The notes under the pieces are model-generated. The model made no database searches. It was not told the origin of the DNA and saw only the letters and a list, made by a program, of their open reading frames with translations. From Hydractinia symbiolongicarpus (taxonomy: Eukaryota): a stretch of DNA of 64,000 nt. The stretch is taken from assembly GCF_029227915.1 (NCBI RefSeq), contig NC_079879.1:27443095-27507094 (forward strand), given 5' to 3'. Position 1 is the stretch's first letter. The number at the start of each line of letters is the position of its first letter. The position numbers and the translations under genes are program-made. Below, in pieces: positions 47,340 through 59,568 of the stretch.

Positions 47340-48300
47340 TACAAAAAGAAATCAAGCCATATAATTTAGTTTTAAATAGAAAGCATAATAGAAAATATTT
47401 TTGCTACTAGATTTAGGTTATTTCTGTATTTCTAACATTTTCTTACAAATATGTAACAACATGTAAATGTTTATATTATACTAGCTTAACTAGCTTTGTG
47501 TATTTTGTGTATACAGTGTTGCCTGAGGATGAGTAAAACAACAGTTAAACATTGGGGAATATAAAATTGGATATAAGAACCTTAAATTCATATATACCTT
47601 GTTCTTCATATAATGATTTAGTAAATCTGTTGAAACTTTTGTGCGATGAATGTGGAAGGAATATTTCTTTATTTTTGGAGTAATTGGTTCAAATGGTTCT
47701 ACTCTTAATAATCTTATCTCCGAAGTTGCGGGATGTTCAAAATTACAAGAATTTGTATTTGCCTCATTTTTTTCTGGTGTGGGTGGAGCAGCAATTTCAC
47801 CATTAAAAAGTTCATACGTGGTCAAGTCAGTGATATTACTTGGTAGTTCTTGTTGATTTTTCTTTGGTCTGCAGACAATGATTCGTTAAATGCAGTATTT
47901 TGTACACAAACAAGGCAGCAATCTATGTAAGTGCAACCACATACAACACATTTTTCTCTTTCTTGTGACAGAAAGAGGTGCATCAGATGAAACATCATTA
48001 TTATTTTGTTGTGCTACATCATCACCGTCATCATCACATTTTCCTGATAAATCATTACTGACAAAGAAGTCATCATTGAAATTTGTTAATTCTGATTTTA
48101 GCACAAAGAAGGTTTTACTAAGTTAAAATCCTTTTTTCCTGACATACTCAAAGACATTCAATTCTTCATCTAACTCTGTCAATGTTGCATCACAAATTGA
48201 TAATGTACATTCTAACGTGTTTTCTTCAAACGAATTCTTAAAACAATTGTCAAAAAATAATTCGGTCGACTTAGATTTGATGTCTTTAAATGAGCTGTAT
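47340..48300 (-). pseudogene. Putative upstream N-terminal part of the HECT/G2E3-like gene, with frame breaks
   Basis: Minus-strand ORFs 47490–47825 and 47886–48104 continue the same gene, including the segment KRKMCCMWLHLHRLLPCLC. Open reading frames run to about 48300 with at least one frame break. Confidence 0.3.
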
Positions 48301-48599
48301 TCGTCGATTTCTAGAGATCTACAGCCACCACCTTAATTTACTCTTATCAGTTGGTAAGAGCCTGTACGTCAGTACCACTTTATTTGCACTCGTTTTAAGT
48401 TTTATTTTGTTGACACAGAGTTTGATTTACTCCCAATTTTGCTTAGTAGTCCACAAGTATTGTTTCATAAGAATTTCATTTATTTTTGCCTTTTGCTTTC
48501 TGTTCCTTGTCCTCCATTTTTGTCATATACTTTGCTACTGCACGCTTTACAACGTCCTCCATCTTGTTTACAGATTGATAGCCTGAATAATCCAACTTT

Positions 48600-48880
48600 A
48601 ATCAAACACGGAAAAAATAAAAAAATTGGCAGAGATAAAAAAAAGTCAAAGAAGTTGAAACAAAGAATTAGGAAAAAGTTGAAAAAATATCAGAAAAGTT
48701 GACAAAAAAATCCGCAAAAGTTGGAAAAATTATCGGAAAAGTTGAAAGATTTTCGGAAAAGTTGAAAATATATCGGAAAAGTTGAAAAAAATATCGGAAA
48801 AGTTGAAAAAAATATCGGAAAAGTTGAAAAAAAATTCGCCAAAGTTGAAAAAAATTCTTGGAAATCTTGATCCATCTTAG
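48600..48880. repeat. Minisatellite array B, about 11 copies of a ~23-bp unit (ggaaaagttgaaaaaaatatc)
   Basis: A clear tandem array, inverted relative to 44740–45000. Together the two arrays bracket a 3.6-kb interior. Confidence 0.8.
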
Positions 48881-48949
48881 TATAGGAATATGTTTTATGA
48901 AAGAGGAAACGTATATAACCATAAGCTAGAAGATATAATTAAGCTGCCT

Positions 48950-50480
48950 TAATTTAAAAAGTTACATCCTAAACGAAAGAATGAAACGAACCGAGTAATA
49001 ACAGAGGAAGAAAGAATTACACCGAAATTGAAAACAAGAATAAAAATAAATAGATAAAAAGAGGAATAGCGAGTCATTGTATCATCAATTAAAACCAACT
49101 GATAGTCAACCTTCACGTTTATGTGGCTTAGCTAAAGTTCTTAAAACGAACACACCAGTAAGACCAGTTTTGTCTATGCCAGGGTCAGCATATTATGAAA
49201 TCGTTAACCAGGTTTCGAAATGGCTTTCTGTTGTTGAAGAATGTAATGTAAACGCTTAACAAAATCGATTTCTGACTCTTTGCATCAGATAGAATTGAAT
49301 GAGGAAGACGAATTAATCGGTTTTGACGTGACTTCGCTGTGTACGAACGTACCAGTTAATAAATGATTGTTCAGAATTGCTCTATTCTGGAAAATATGAT
49401 AAACCAACAGTAGATAAGCAGAATTTTATTTTTTTTTGCTTATTATCTGCAGCTGCAATGTTATTATGTTAACTAATGATGGATATTACAAGCAAATAGA
49501 TGGATTAGCTATGGGTAGCCCACCAGCTCCCATGATATCTAATGGTTAGCTTAGCAAATATGATCATGAGATTAAAGGCAACGCATAACTATTTTCAAGG
49601 TATATGGATGATATTCTTCGGAATAGTAAAAAGCATGAAATACATCGGGAGCTTGAGGAGATTAATGATTTACATCCTGCATTTAATTTACAGTAGAGAG
49701 GGAATTCAATGGTAGTATTCCATTCCTTGACATGCTCATTAAACGAATTGGGCGCAAATTGTCCTCTACATGGTACATCAAAGCCACCGATACAGGTCTA
49801 ACTATGAATTTTCATTCCCTCACTATTGAAGTATAAACGATCTGTAGTGGCACATCGAATAGTGCGTGCTTGTATTCCTTGGAAAGTTGTTCATGAAAGC
49901 CTAGCAAAAGCGAAACAAATTCTCAAAAATAATCAATACCCTGTTTCATTCTATGAACCCATTATTAAGAAAGTGTTGGAATCAGTTGTTATACCTAAAG
50001 AACTGAAAGGTGAATTTAAATCAGATGAACAGGTACCGTGTAAAATTATGTTCATTCAACAGAAGACGCATATCAGATAAGTTTGAACAGTCACTTAAAA
50101 GAATGGACACTTCTTGTAAAGTTGTCCTCGCGCTAAGAAAAGTTAAAACAATATTAACGCCGTTAAAGCCAACGATCGAAACAGCTCTTAAAAGTGGTTT
50201 AGTTTACCAAATTACACGGTGTAAATCGTGCTATGTCAGATAAACAACCCGCCATTTACTAACCTGCAAAAAAGAGCACACAAGGTCGACAAGTCCCGTT
50301 GGTAGTCACTTCAAATCATGCAACATTGCGCTCACAATGGATGACGTTATTATACTTGTTTCATCAAGCAGATCGTCCCATCATTTAATGGTTTTGGAAG
50401 CGTGATATATTCGTCAAATTAAACCAACTTTGAACACAAAGGACGAATATAAAAGTCATACATTAGTGGAATATAATAAT
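48950..50480 (+). mobile_element. Degenerate Penelope-like element with RT and GIY-YIG endonuclease remnants
   Basis: RT fragments: LKPTDSQPSRLCGLAKVLKTNTPVRPVLSMPGSAYYEIVNQVSKWL, ELIGFDVTSLCTNVPVN, QIDGLAMGSPPAPMISN, RYMDDIL (the YxDD motif), and HPAFNL..REGNSMV.FLDMLIKRIG..L.TWYIKATDTGL. A linker follows: KRSVVAHRIVRACI. The GIY-YIG motif then reads GLVYQITRCKSCYVR.TTRHLLTCKKEHT...ILVSSSRSSHHLMVLEA.YIRQIKPTLN. Several stops and frameshifts are present. Confidence 0.65.
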
Positions 50481-52316
50481 GAACGACGTTTTCAGGGATG
50501 TTGGCAACAGTTTATTATAATTTTTGTTTAAAATATGATTTAGATGTGTTGTAACATTCGTTAGAATTTGTTTTTAAGCTGTGCATAATTTTTTAATAAA
50601 CCTATTTTTAAACTGTTATTTATGTGTTTCATAGAGAGTGAATCTGATGGTGAGTTACAAAAACTCGAAATATTTTATTCAAATAAAATTGCGTTGTTGG
50701 TCATTAAAATTTCCCGAATAAAAGCAGAAAAATTCAAAATTTAAAATGTGTAAAATTTTATTCAGCACACAAAAATCCAAAATCCAGTTACAAAATCGTG
50801 TCCAGTAGAATAATCGAAATATGTTTAAAATCCAGAATCGAGTTTCGCAATACAAAATAATATTCACAATGATAAGAATAACAGATTGCAATCATACAAC
50901 GTCTCAAACGCACTACTACACTGGCAAACTATTCGCGCATGATTCGCTCATGTTTTCAGTCGATTAATTTTCCTGATCATTTCGGTAAGTAGACCGTAAT
51001 TTGTAGCGCGGATATTTCTGTCTACTCTTTATGCTATAAGCCATGAAAACCTGGTTTCTTCTCATGTTTTTTATTAAAAAGAAAAACAGCAATTCGTAGT
51101 CACGAAAATTTTCGTTTTTCTCACTCAATAAAATAAACACTCACACATAGACTGGTTTCTGCAACATCAACTATTTCAATCTCTTTTCAGAATGTATAGC
51201 TCGAGAGCGCTACTTTTTCAGATCGGAGGCATTTACATTTATTGCTTGATATCTCAACCTCGCCAAATGATAGATAAAAGTTCAATGTCAAACAAATCGT
51301 TTCGTATCACATTAAGTTCACCAAACGAAAAAAAAAAAAAAAAAAAAATTAAGTCTTCATTTCTAGCTGTTTTATTCTTTTTAGAAAATACCGGCGTAGT
51401 TCAGTAACGGCATGGTCAGTATTTTATTTCGATGAGTTTTTTGCATCCCGTATCTCGCATCCCGCATCCTGCATCCCACTTTTCCGATATGCCGCACAAA
51501 GAAAGATGCACAAAAATAAAACTTGCGTGAAAGCCTAATCAACCGATCAGCCCAAAGTAGGTGTGGTCACGTCTTACTATCTTCAATAATCTAAGAATTA
51601 ATTAGACTTGTTCAGGTGAGTGAGCCCATTCGCGCTCAAAACAAAGGATTTCCCGATATTCTATTGACCACGTATAAGCCAAAAACAATAGAATTAACAC
51701 TGGGTCTCAAACGATTTTTATGGATACAAGAGCTTGCTGTAAAGAGGCCTTGTTAAACCGATTTAATAAATTATCAGTTGCAGATTGAGATCTTTCAACT
51801 CATATATATTCCTGTAAACTCCTAACGACACCTTTGTGCGAATAAAGACTTTTTGCCTGCCACGCAATTGCTGAAGCCAAATGAGCTTTCCATAGAGAAT
51901 GTGAACATGTCAAGATATCATGAAGAGTATAAGTCCACACTGCTAAAAATGATAATTTGTAACTTTGTAAGATATTTAAAGTATGAAGTTATGCTTAGTA
52001 CTTTATGAAATCATTAATGATGGCTTAAGATTAGATGGAAATCTTTGGAGTTACAAAATATGTAATAACTAGGATGGTTAAAGAATCAATTACTGAAGAT
52101 TTACCTAAGAAGAATAGAATATTTTAAAGTTGTATGATGTATGAATTTTAAAAGAATATACATGATGAATTTAACTTTACTCTTAACTAACTTGAAACAC
52201 TGTTGTTTTAAAAGTATTTCAAAAAAAACAAAAGTTTTAAAAACCAATTCATAAAATTTCTTTCCGCGAAATTTTAAGCTGAACTTCAAACTCACATCAA
52301 GTCGTAATAATAAATT

Positions 52317-52924
52317 CCGGCAACATTTCATCCAACATTTTTTTTCATTGTTGGATGAAATGTTGATGAAAAAATGTATGCTGGATGAAGCAAAATTTTA
52401 GGTTTGTGGGACTGCTTTTAAAAACATTCAAACGATAAAGAGCTCATTCATTCCTGAAAAACAAAATGGCGGACTGAAGGAGTTCTGCAGTGCTGCTTAT
52501 GTTGCTGAACGAACTCGTCGATTCGCACGATGAAAAATCAACCCGCGGAAAAACAAGAGAGTGGATAAAGAGGAGGGAACAAAATGGATATTTTAGTAAT
52601 ATCATTAAAGAATTGAAGATCGAAGACAGATTCGGATTTAGGGAAATGTTTGGGATGGATGTGGGGGATTTTGATTTCCTCCTTAATGAAATATCCCATC
52701 TGAGTTTTATTTCTTGGATAAAAAGTACCACAAAACCAATCCAACATAAGAATGTTGGCTAAATTGTTTGACGGCGATCAAACTTCATCCAACATCGTCC
52801 AACACGATTTCTTTCTTCTTTTTTGAAAATTTCATATTTTTTCAAAATTTTGAAGTGACTCAAAGCAGTCCAACATTTTATCCAACGTCATAAAAAATGC
52901 ATGTTGGATTAAATGTTGGTCTGG
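52317..52924. mobile_element. Harbinger-derived non-autonomous element of about 610 bp with palindromic TIRs (ccRgcaacatttMatccaacat)
   Basis: Left ccggcaacatttcatccaacat matches the reverse complement of right ccagaccaacatttaatccaacatg. The internal ORF 52490–52762, ...REWIKRREQNGYFSNIIKELKIEDRFGFREMFGMDVGDFDFLLNEISHLSF, resembles the N-terminus of HARBI1/PIF transposases. Confidence 0.5.
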
Positions 52925-53469
52925 TTTGCCCCCGCCTCAAGGTATAGTAGAAAGTAACAGAAAAGTTTTCACCTTTGACTGCAACATGTTTTCATTGTTT
53001 GTATAATGGCATTACCTTTTGGTTCGAATTAGCGCCAAACATTTACTGAAGTATCGGGAATGGTTCAACCTTTATATATCCAACCAAGCATCCATATTCT
53101 GTTGCACCGTCCACACCCCTGCTCTGCAAATAACGGGTACCCACTAAAATACAAAATGTAAATTAAAGTGTTGAACAGTTCTTTATTGCTATCACTTGTT
53201 TAGTAAGGATTTTTGCTGTTAAAGAACTGCACTAATTTGTTTATATAAAATATTCCAGGTAAAAAAACCTAAAACAACCCTCTATCTTTTTGTTATGTAA
53301 TTTGGCCATCTATTTATAAAAATAAGTTCATAAGCGCCCGCTTCTTCTAAGCGCCAACAAGTATTTGTTTAAACTGTTGCGGTACTGTTACAGCTAGTTT
53401 TATTTTATTTTATTTTAGGCGTATCTATATAATAATACGGAGATTTTATTTTAGGCGTATTATTTATAG

Positions 53470-53918
53470 TACTAAACTCTCAACTATACGCAGATCACAT
53501 AAATGTCCCAGATGAGTATGAAAAACAAGATAAATGGATAGATACGCAGTTAAATATTGTTAGATCAAAAGAATGTAAACATTGTATAGTCTTTCAACAC
53601 ATTCCTTGGTTCCTTCAAACGGCTGATGAGGAAGATGAGTATTTTAACATTAAAAAAGAACCGCGTTTCAGAATGTTAAACAAGTTTCGAGAAGCTGGAG
53701 TAAAGCATATCTTCTGTGGGCATTATCATCGTAATGCAGGAGGTTTATATGGTGATCTCGAGGTGATTGTAACGTCTGCTATCGGCTGCCAGTTGGGAGA
53801 AGATAAATCTGGAATGCGAATTGTTCGTGTCTCGGAAAATAAAATTGAACATAAATATTATGGATTACAGGAATGTCCTACCTCATTGTCACTGAATGTG
53901 TCAGTTGACCTTCCATGA
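53470..53918 (+). CDS. CPPED1: CPPED1-like paralog A, terminal exon. It carries the GHYHRNAGG metallophosphatase motif.
   Basis: Acceptor tatttatag. Product VLNSQLYADHINVPDEYEKQDKWIDTQLNIVRSKECKHCIVFQHIPWFLQTADEEDEYFNIKKEPRFRMLNKFREAGVKHIFCGHYHRNAGGLYGDLEVIVTSAIGCQLGEDKSGMRIVRVSENKIEHKYYGLQECPTSLSLNVSVDLP*. Phase matches exon 2. Confidence 0.6.
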
Positions 53919-55313
53919 TTTCATGTTAATTTGTTTTCATATTATATTCTGTGTATGCATATTTTATTTATGTATTTTATATGTTATGTATGCATACTGT
54001 ATTTACATTTTTATTGTAAATATTTTTATACACAAACATAGTATACCCCTTAAGAAGCACCTTTATTCAATAAGTGCCCACTCTTGAGTAAGTGTTGTCT
54101 TGAACATATTGTTAGGAAGGTTCTTTGGTATCAAAACAAAAATAAAATGACGTAATGAGGAAGTGTATTTTCTTAGCAATTTTCTGTGAATAAAACATTT
54201 ACAAGTTTTCTAACAATTCAAACATATTTGCATCACACCATGTTCTTTATCGCTGCTTTCGTCTTTATCAGCAACCATTCGCAATTATTTTTTTACATAT
54301 ATTCATCCCACCTTGCCTTACTGTTGATTATTCGCACCTGCAACAGGTAAATTTAAGAATGCTATCAAGTTCCAACTTCATAGCAGTTATAATGGCCAGT
54401 CATAATGGGGTCATAGAAAGCATCTCTAAGTTTCTAACCCTGGCAGGTTTCAAGGATGGACCTAAAAGTGATTTCCATTTGATCACTTGCAAGGGGTTGT
54501 GCAAAACTAGTTCGATTTGCAAGATTTCCATAAAGACGTTGTACCGCAAGTCTTCCAATGTGCTTGATTCATTTTTTTTGTAATTGAAATATACAAGCGA
54601 AAAATATAGAGAAAACTTTTGACATATTTCAGTTTTTTGCATTTAAACAGGTAATATGCAGAAAGCTACACGCATATTTGAGTGATATACACCTGATGGT
54701 GCGTCTAATGTAAAGCTATATTTGGGTTAAGGTTGAAAAATTGCAACTTCGACTACAGGATGAGACATGGTTTTACAGGAAATGAACAAAAGTTACGTAC
54801 GTATGGCTAGGTATAATAATTAAGTTTTAAACAAAAGAAATTAATTCCTAAACGCTTTGATTGGCATAGAATTGATCACAAGATAAAGCAAACCAAGATG
54901 ATCTTTTGGGTGATATTTTTGAATGATGAAGTTGTAAACATTAAATGTTACATTTGTGCCAGCGTTTATTGCACAGAACTTGCTGTCAGATGCAACTATG
55001 AGATGTCATTTTAAAAATCCTTTTAAGAGAAGTGTTTTTATAACAATATAACTATTTAAAGTGATTCTATGAAATGATTATGACGATGTAATGTAATTTA
55101 ATATTAAGTTTGTTTGTTGAAAGCGTGGGATAAAATAATAAAGTTGTAAAATGTATAAGCTTGTTGAACAACGCATTCAAAGAAAACATCAGGCGTAGAG
55201 AACAGCACGAGCTTAAAACGTGTTTTCATATCACTTCGTTGTATTAACATATTTCAGTGGATGCTAACGATTTTACACACATCACGTTGTACTTTTCTGT
55301 AGTGTAAACAAAT

Positions 55314-55767
55314 ATGGCGGCAGGAGATTTCCGTCGTTCAATTAACGGTGTATATCCTGGATTTACCCACGAAAAAGAAGGAGAGTGGAAAGGAAATTTT
55401 ACCTTTATACAAGGTGCTGACACTCAATTCGGTTTGATTGACCGCTGGTTTCTTAAAAATCCTATTGAAAATAACGTGTGGGACCAAGAGATGGAACTGA
55501 CTAAGCAAGCCATAAAACATGCCAATGAAATGATTCCTAAACCGAAATTTTTCATCCTGTGTGGAGATTTGATCGATGCTATGCCTCATACGAAACACCG
55601 TGGTGTACAAGAAGAAGATTTCAAGAAGTTATACAGTGAACTTGATTCTGAAATACCTTTAGTGTGTGTTTGTGGTAACCACGATGTTGGCGATATACCC
55701 ACGAAGGAGAGCTTAGAAAGTTATCGGGCGGAGTTTGGAGATGACTATTTTACGTTCTGTGTGGGAG
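55314..55767 (+). CDS. CPPED1: CPPED1-like serine/threonine phosphatase paralog B, exon 1 of 2
   Basis: ATG at 55314. Product MAAGDFRRSINGVYPGFTHEKEGEWKGNFTFIQGADTQFGLIDRW...KPKFFILCGDLIDAMPHTKHRGVQEEDFKK...IPLVCVCGNHDVGDIPTKESLESYRAEFGDDYFTFCVGG, donor gtgagt. Compare human CPPED1 [21 protein letters not shown]...KPKFFVLCGDLIHAMP...IPLVLVSGNHDIGN...WGDDYFSFWVGG. Confidence 0.85.
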
Positions 55768-56781
55768 GTGAGTTTTTACTTTGGTGTACCTGCATACAAG
55801 TAATTTCGTCCATATTCAAGTCAGACCTATCAGTACTAGACAGGAGCTTGAGGTTTTATTATGGTACCAGTCAAACCTGTGGAAAAATCCACTTAGAAAG
55901 TAAGAAATTTTATGATGTTTTAAGAGTTTTGATGACATCAACAGTGCATATGCAAAAAATGTTTTTGGGGAATTTGTTTAACCGTTGCGTCTAAACAGAT
56001 TGAAACGCTGTAAAAAAAATAAAAGGATTATGTGCTTTCCACTAACGGTTAAGGATATATCAAAGTTTAAAAGTTCCACAAAAGTACAAAAATTTTTTTA
56101 GAATTTTTTATAATACCTGTTGTCTTTTGTATAGAGCTTTAAACAACGATTAATAAATAAAAAATATTTGAAGAATCATGTTCAAATTATTTGACTTCAA
56201 ACCTAAAAGTACAACGCATTGGCTTCACTAATCTTATTTAACATATTGACGTCAATCTAATGTATTAACATTAAATTTTTGTAAACGACAGAACAGTTTT
56301 ATAGCCGATGTTTTATAATCATCAGAGAAAATTTTAGAAATGTTATTCACTATGGGCGTTACAGACTTTTCGTATTAATTAATAAATATATCCTACTTTT
56401 TTTTGTAATATCTTATTAAATGTTTAAGCATAAACGTTTCTTCCCATAATTAACAAATTATCCTAAATCCAATTTTTTACGATCTTTAGTGTTTTTTAAA
56501 CCTCCTGCATTGCGCAAGCATGTTTATGTCAATACGACACAAATAGATGTGATATAGCCTAAAAGCCTTGGTTAAATTAATCAGCAGTCTTCGCAGCAAT
56601 CCTTGTTTTATTTACGATTTTTTGTTAGCAATATTTTACTTAGTAAGTGTGGACAAACATTTTTATTTTGGTAGGACGGCTAACGTGTTCACGATATTTG
56701 CGGACATTTCACGTTCGGTATAATACTATTCTTCGAGACACAGACGTGTTTTTGAATAGTCCTTACTTTCTTTTTTTTCAG

Positions 56782-57245
56782 GTGTTTTCTTCATTATTGT
56801 CAATTCACAGCTATTCAAAAATCATGTCAACGTGCCGGAGGAGTATGAAGCTCACTTAAAGTGGATAGACAGACAATTAGAAGTTTTCAAATCTTCCAAA
56901 TGTAAGCACTGCGTTGTTTTTCAGCACATACCGTGGTTTCGTGAGAAAGCAGATGAGGTGGAGAGCTATTTTAATATAAATCCCGAACTTCGCTTTAAAA
57001 TGATGGATAAATTTTTGGCGGCCGGTGTGAGGCATATTTTCTGTGGTCACATTCACCAGAACGCGGGTGGATGGTATAAAGATTTAGAAATTGTGGTCAC
57101 ATCAGCAATTGGGTGTCAAACTGGCGAGGACAAATCAGGATTTAGATTAGTTCGAGTTGCAGAACACAATATTGACCATAAATATTATAATTTAGGAGAA
57201 TGCCCAAAACATTTTGATTTAGATGAAAAGAATGACTTGCCCTAA
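56782..57245 (+). CDS. CPPED1: CPPED1-like paralog B, exon 2 (terminal)
   Basis: Acceptor ttttttttcag. Product VFFIIVNSQLFKNHVNVPEEYEAHLKWIDRQLEVFKSSKCKHCVVFQHIPWFREKADEVESYFNINPELRFKMMDKFLAAGVRHIFCGHIHQNAGGWYKDLEIVVTSAIGCQTGEDKSGFRLVRVAEHNIDHKYYNLGECPKHFDLDEKNDLP*. Total product is 305 aa. Confidence 0.85.
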
Positions 57246-58775
57246 TGAATTTAACAATTGTGTTTATTTACAGTGGTTACGAAGACTGATACAGTGCGAC
57301 CATTTCACCTGGAAAGTCTTTGAAACTACTGGAAAGTTGTAAATATGAAAAAAATCCTGGAAAAGTCTCAGAAAATATTTTTTTTCAGTCAACAGCTTAT
57401 GAAAGCTGATTATAGATTTTTGTTAGAATCTCTGTACTTTGTTGAACTAACTTCTCCTGCAAAATGTTAAAATTTCTCTTTAAAACTGACTCCAGCTACA
57501 TATTTTATTTTTATTTTAGGTAATTTATTTAGTAATAATTTTTTCAAAATGTTTGCAATTTGAAAATAAAACGGGGGTAAAAAAAAAATAAATACAATTT
57601 ATACAAATACTTTAGAAACTTTCGCAAATTTCTTCCCTTCACATCGCGAAACCTACCGTCCACGAAAAAACATTTGTCAATCTCATTTTTAATTATGCTT
57701 GACAATACGTTCTGGGTTTCACCCTTGAAACAAAGTTACTTTTAAAAGGGGAAGTTATACTTTCAAAATCTTTTAAAATATAGTTCATTTGTGAAGCACA
57801 GACAAAGATGTACCAAAGCCAAATTTCTCGTTTTCAATTGGGACCAACCAAGATTTCATTTCGTCGATTATTACGAAGTTTGTCAACTTCATCCCCAGGA
57901 CATCTTTTCGTCTCGCCGTCCTGGTTATAAAAGAGACAACAGGCGCTGGGAACGAGGTCGGAAGTTCGTGTCTGTGGAAATACCAGTTTTTTCAGGCACG
58001 AATTAAAACACCATCATACTTCAAACTTTTTGAATTTATTAAGAGGGACTCGTACTGCTTTTACAGATTGTAACATTTTGACGTTTAATTAAGTCTCCCA
58101 GGCGCATAGAGAGTTCATTTTGTGTGATGCAGTGCGACAATGAAGTCACGCAAAAAGAAAACCTTGCTTCGGTATGTAAGATCATTGTTACTCGGAAAGA
58201 AAGAATTTTCCGAATTAAATATTCAATTTGAAAGGATACTGATCCAAAACTTCCTCTGTAAACTAAATATACTGCGTAAACTTTTACAAATTTCACAAAT
58301 TTTATTTTCGCAAAATTCTTTTGGAAACTTACTTGTGCTTTTAAAGTATTAACTGTACGTTGGAAAGTATCCCGATGTGCAAAGAACGTTAACAAAGATA
58401 TTCTCAAAAAGAAAACAAATCGAAGTTCTAATAATTCTCTACAGGAATAATTACAAATTACTATGAATATACTTGCACGTCATCATAGCTCTATACGAAG
58501 TTCGGAACAAAAAGTTAAAATCTTCCTAAGCGTAAATTGTTATTCCGTTTCCAGAGATACCTTAAGAGAATTTTCACGGGAATTAATTTTTGCGAATTTG
58601 TGAAATTTTTCGGTTTACCAATGTGGTACGCAGAAATACATTTCACAAAAACACAGAAGACAACCATATACGAGAATCGCCAAATCTATTTGAAATTATT
58701 AAATTGTCCAGAGAAACTTTGTTATAGAAATGTAAAATCGCAAAACACGCACGCAAAAGTTTTCTACTTAACATT

Positions 58776-59568
58776 TTACATCCATTGTAATACGCTTTCT
58801 AACAGCATCTAAATCATTAACCAATCTTATCTGTCCTTATTTTCGCTAAAAATAATTCTCGCGCATTTGTATATACTTCATTCACAAAGATTTTTTTAAC
58901 GCGAAAGAAGCAAAAAGAAAACCGGAATCATAATTCGTGAATATTACTACGTCTAAAAACTATCTAACAAACAAGACAATTATCAATCTTATCTGTCCTT
59001 ATTTTCGCTAAAATTAATTCTCGCGCATTTGTATATACTTCATTCACAAAGATTTTTTTAACGCGAAAAAAGCAAAAAGAAAACCGGAATCATAATTCGT
59101 GAATATTACTACGTCTAAAAACTATCTAACAAACAAGACAATTATTACATCCATTGTAATACGCTTTCTAACAGCATCTAAATCATTAACCAATCTTATC
59201 TGTCCTTATTTTCGCTAAAATTAATTCTCGCGCATTTGTATATACTTCATTCACAAAGATTTTTTTAACGCGAAAAAAGCAAAAAGAAAACCGGAATCAT
59301 AATTCGTGAATATTACTACGTCTAAAAACTAGCTAACAACAAGACAATTATTACATCCATTGTAATACGCTTTCTAACAGCATCTAAATCATTAACCAAT
59401 CTTATCTGTCCTTATTTTCGCTAAAATTAATTCTCGCGCATTTGTATATACTTCATTCACAAAGATTTTTTTAACGCGTAAAAAGCAAAAAGAAAACCGG
59501 AAACATAATTCGTGAATATTACTACGTCTAAAAACTAGCTAACAAACAAGACAATTATTTGCAAGTAT
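58776..59568. repeat. 197-bp satellite, about 4 tandem copies. Copy 2 carries a ~47-bp deletion.
   Basis: The unit ttacatccattgtaatacgctttctaacagcatctaaatcattaaccaatcttatctgtccttattttcgctaaaa...gtctaaaaactatctaacaaacaagacaatta is iterated with more than 95% identity. Confidence 0.9.

Larger units (their letters stand above)
43808..51500. mobile_element. About 7.7-kb nested or composite TE block bounded by ~90-bp inverted repeats
   Basis: Left arm ggcatagcagaaaagtgggatgctggatgc...ggatgccaaaaaatcatccaaataaaataatg (about 43808–43895) matches the reverse complement of the right arm (about 51415–51500, catcccg iterations). Both arms are adjoined externally by the same-sense motif gcacaagaaaagatgc / gcacaaagaaagatgc. 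The interior holds a LINE-like 3' fragment, the integrase plus HECT unit, and a Penelope-like element. Confidence 0.45.

Noticed and set aside
58039-58407. Minus-strand 122-aa ORF between CPPED1-B and the 197-bp satellite
   Set aside because: No homology and low-complexity. It probably lies in UTR or intergenic sequence.
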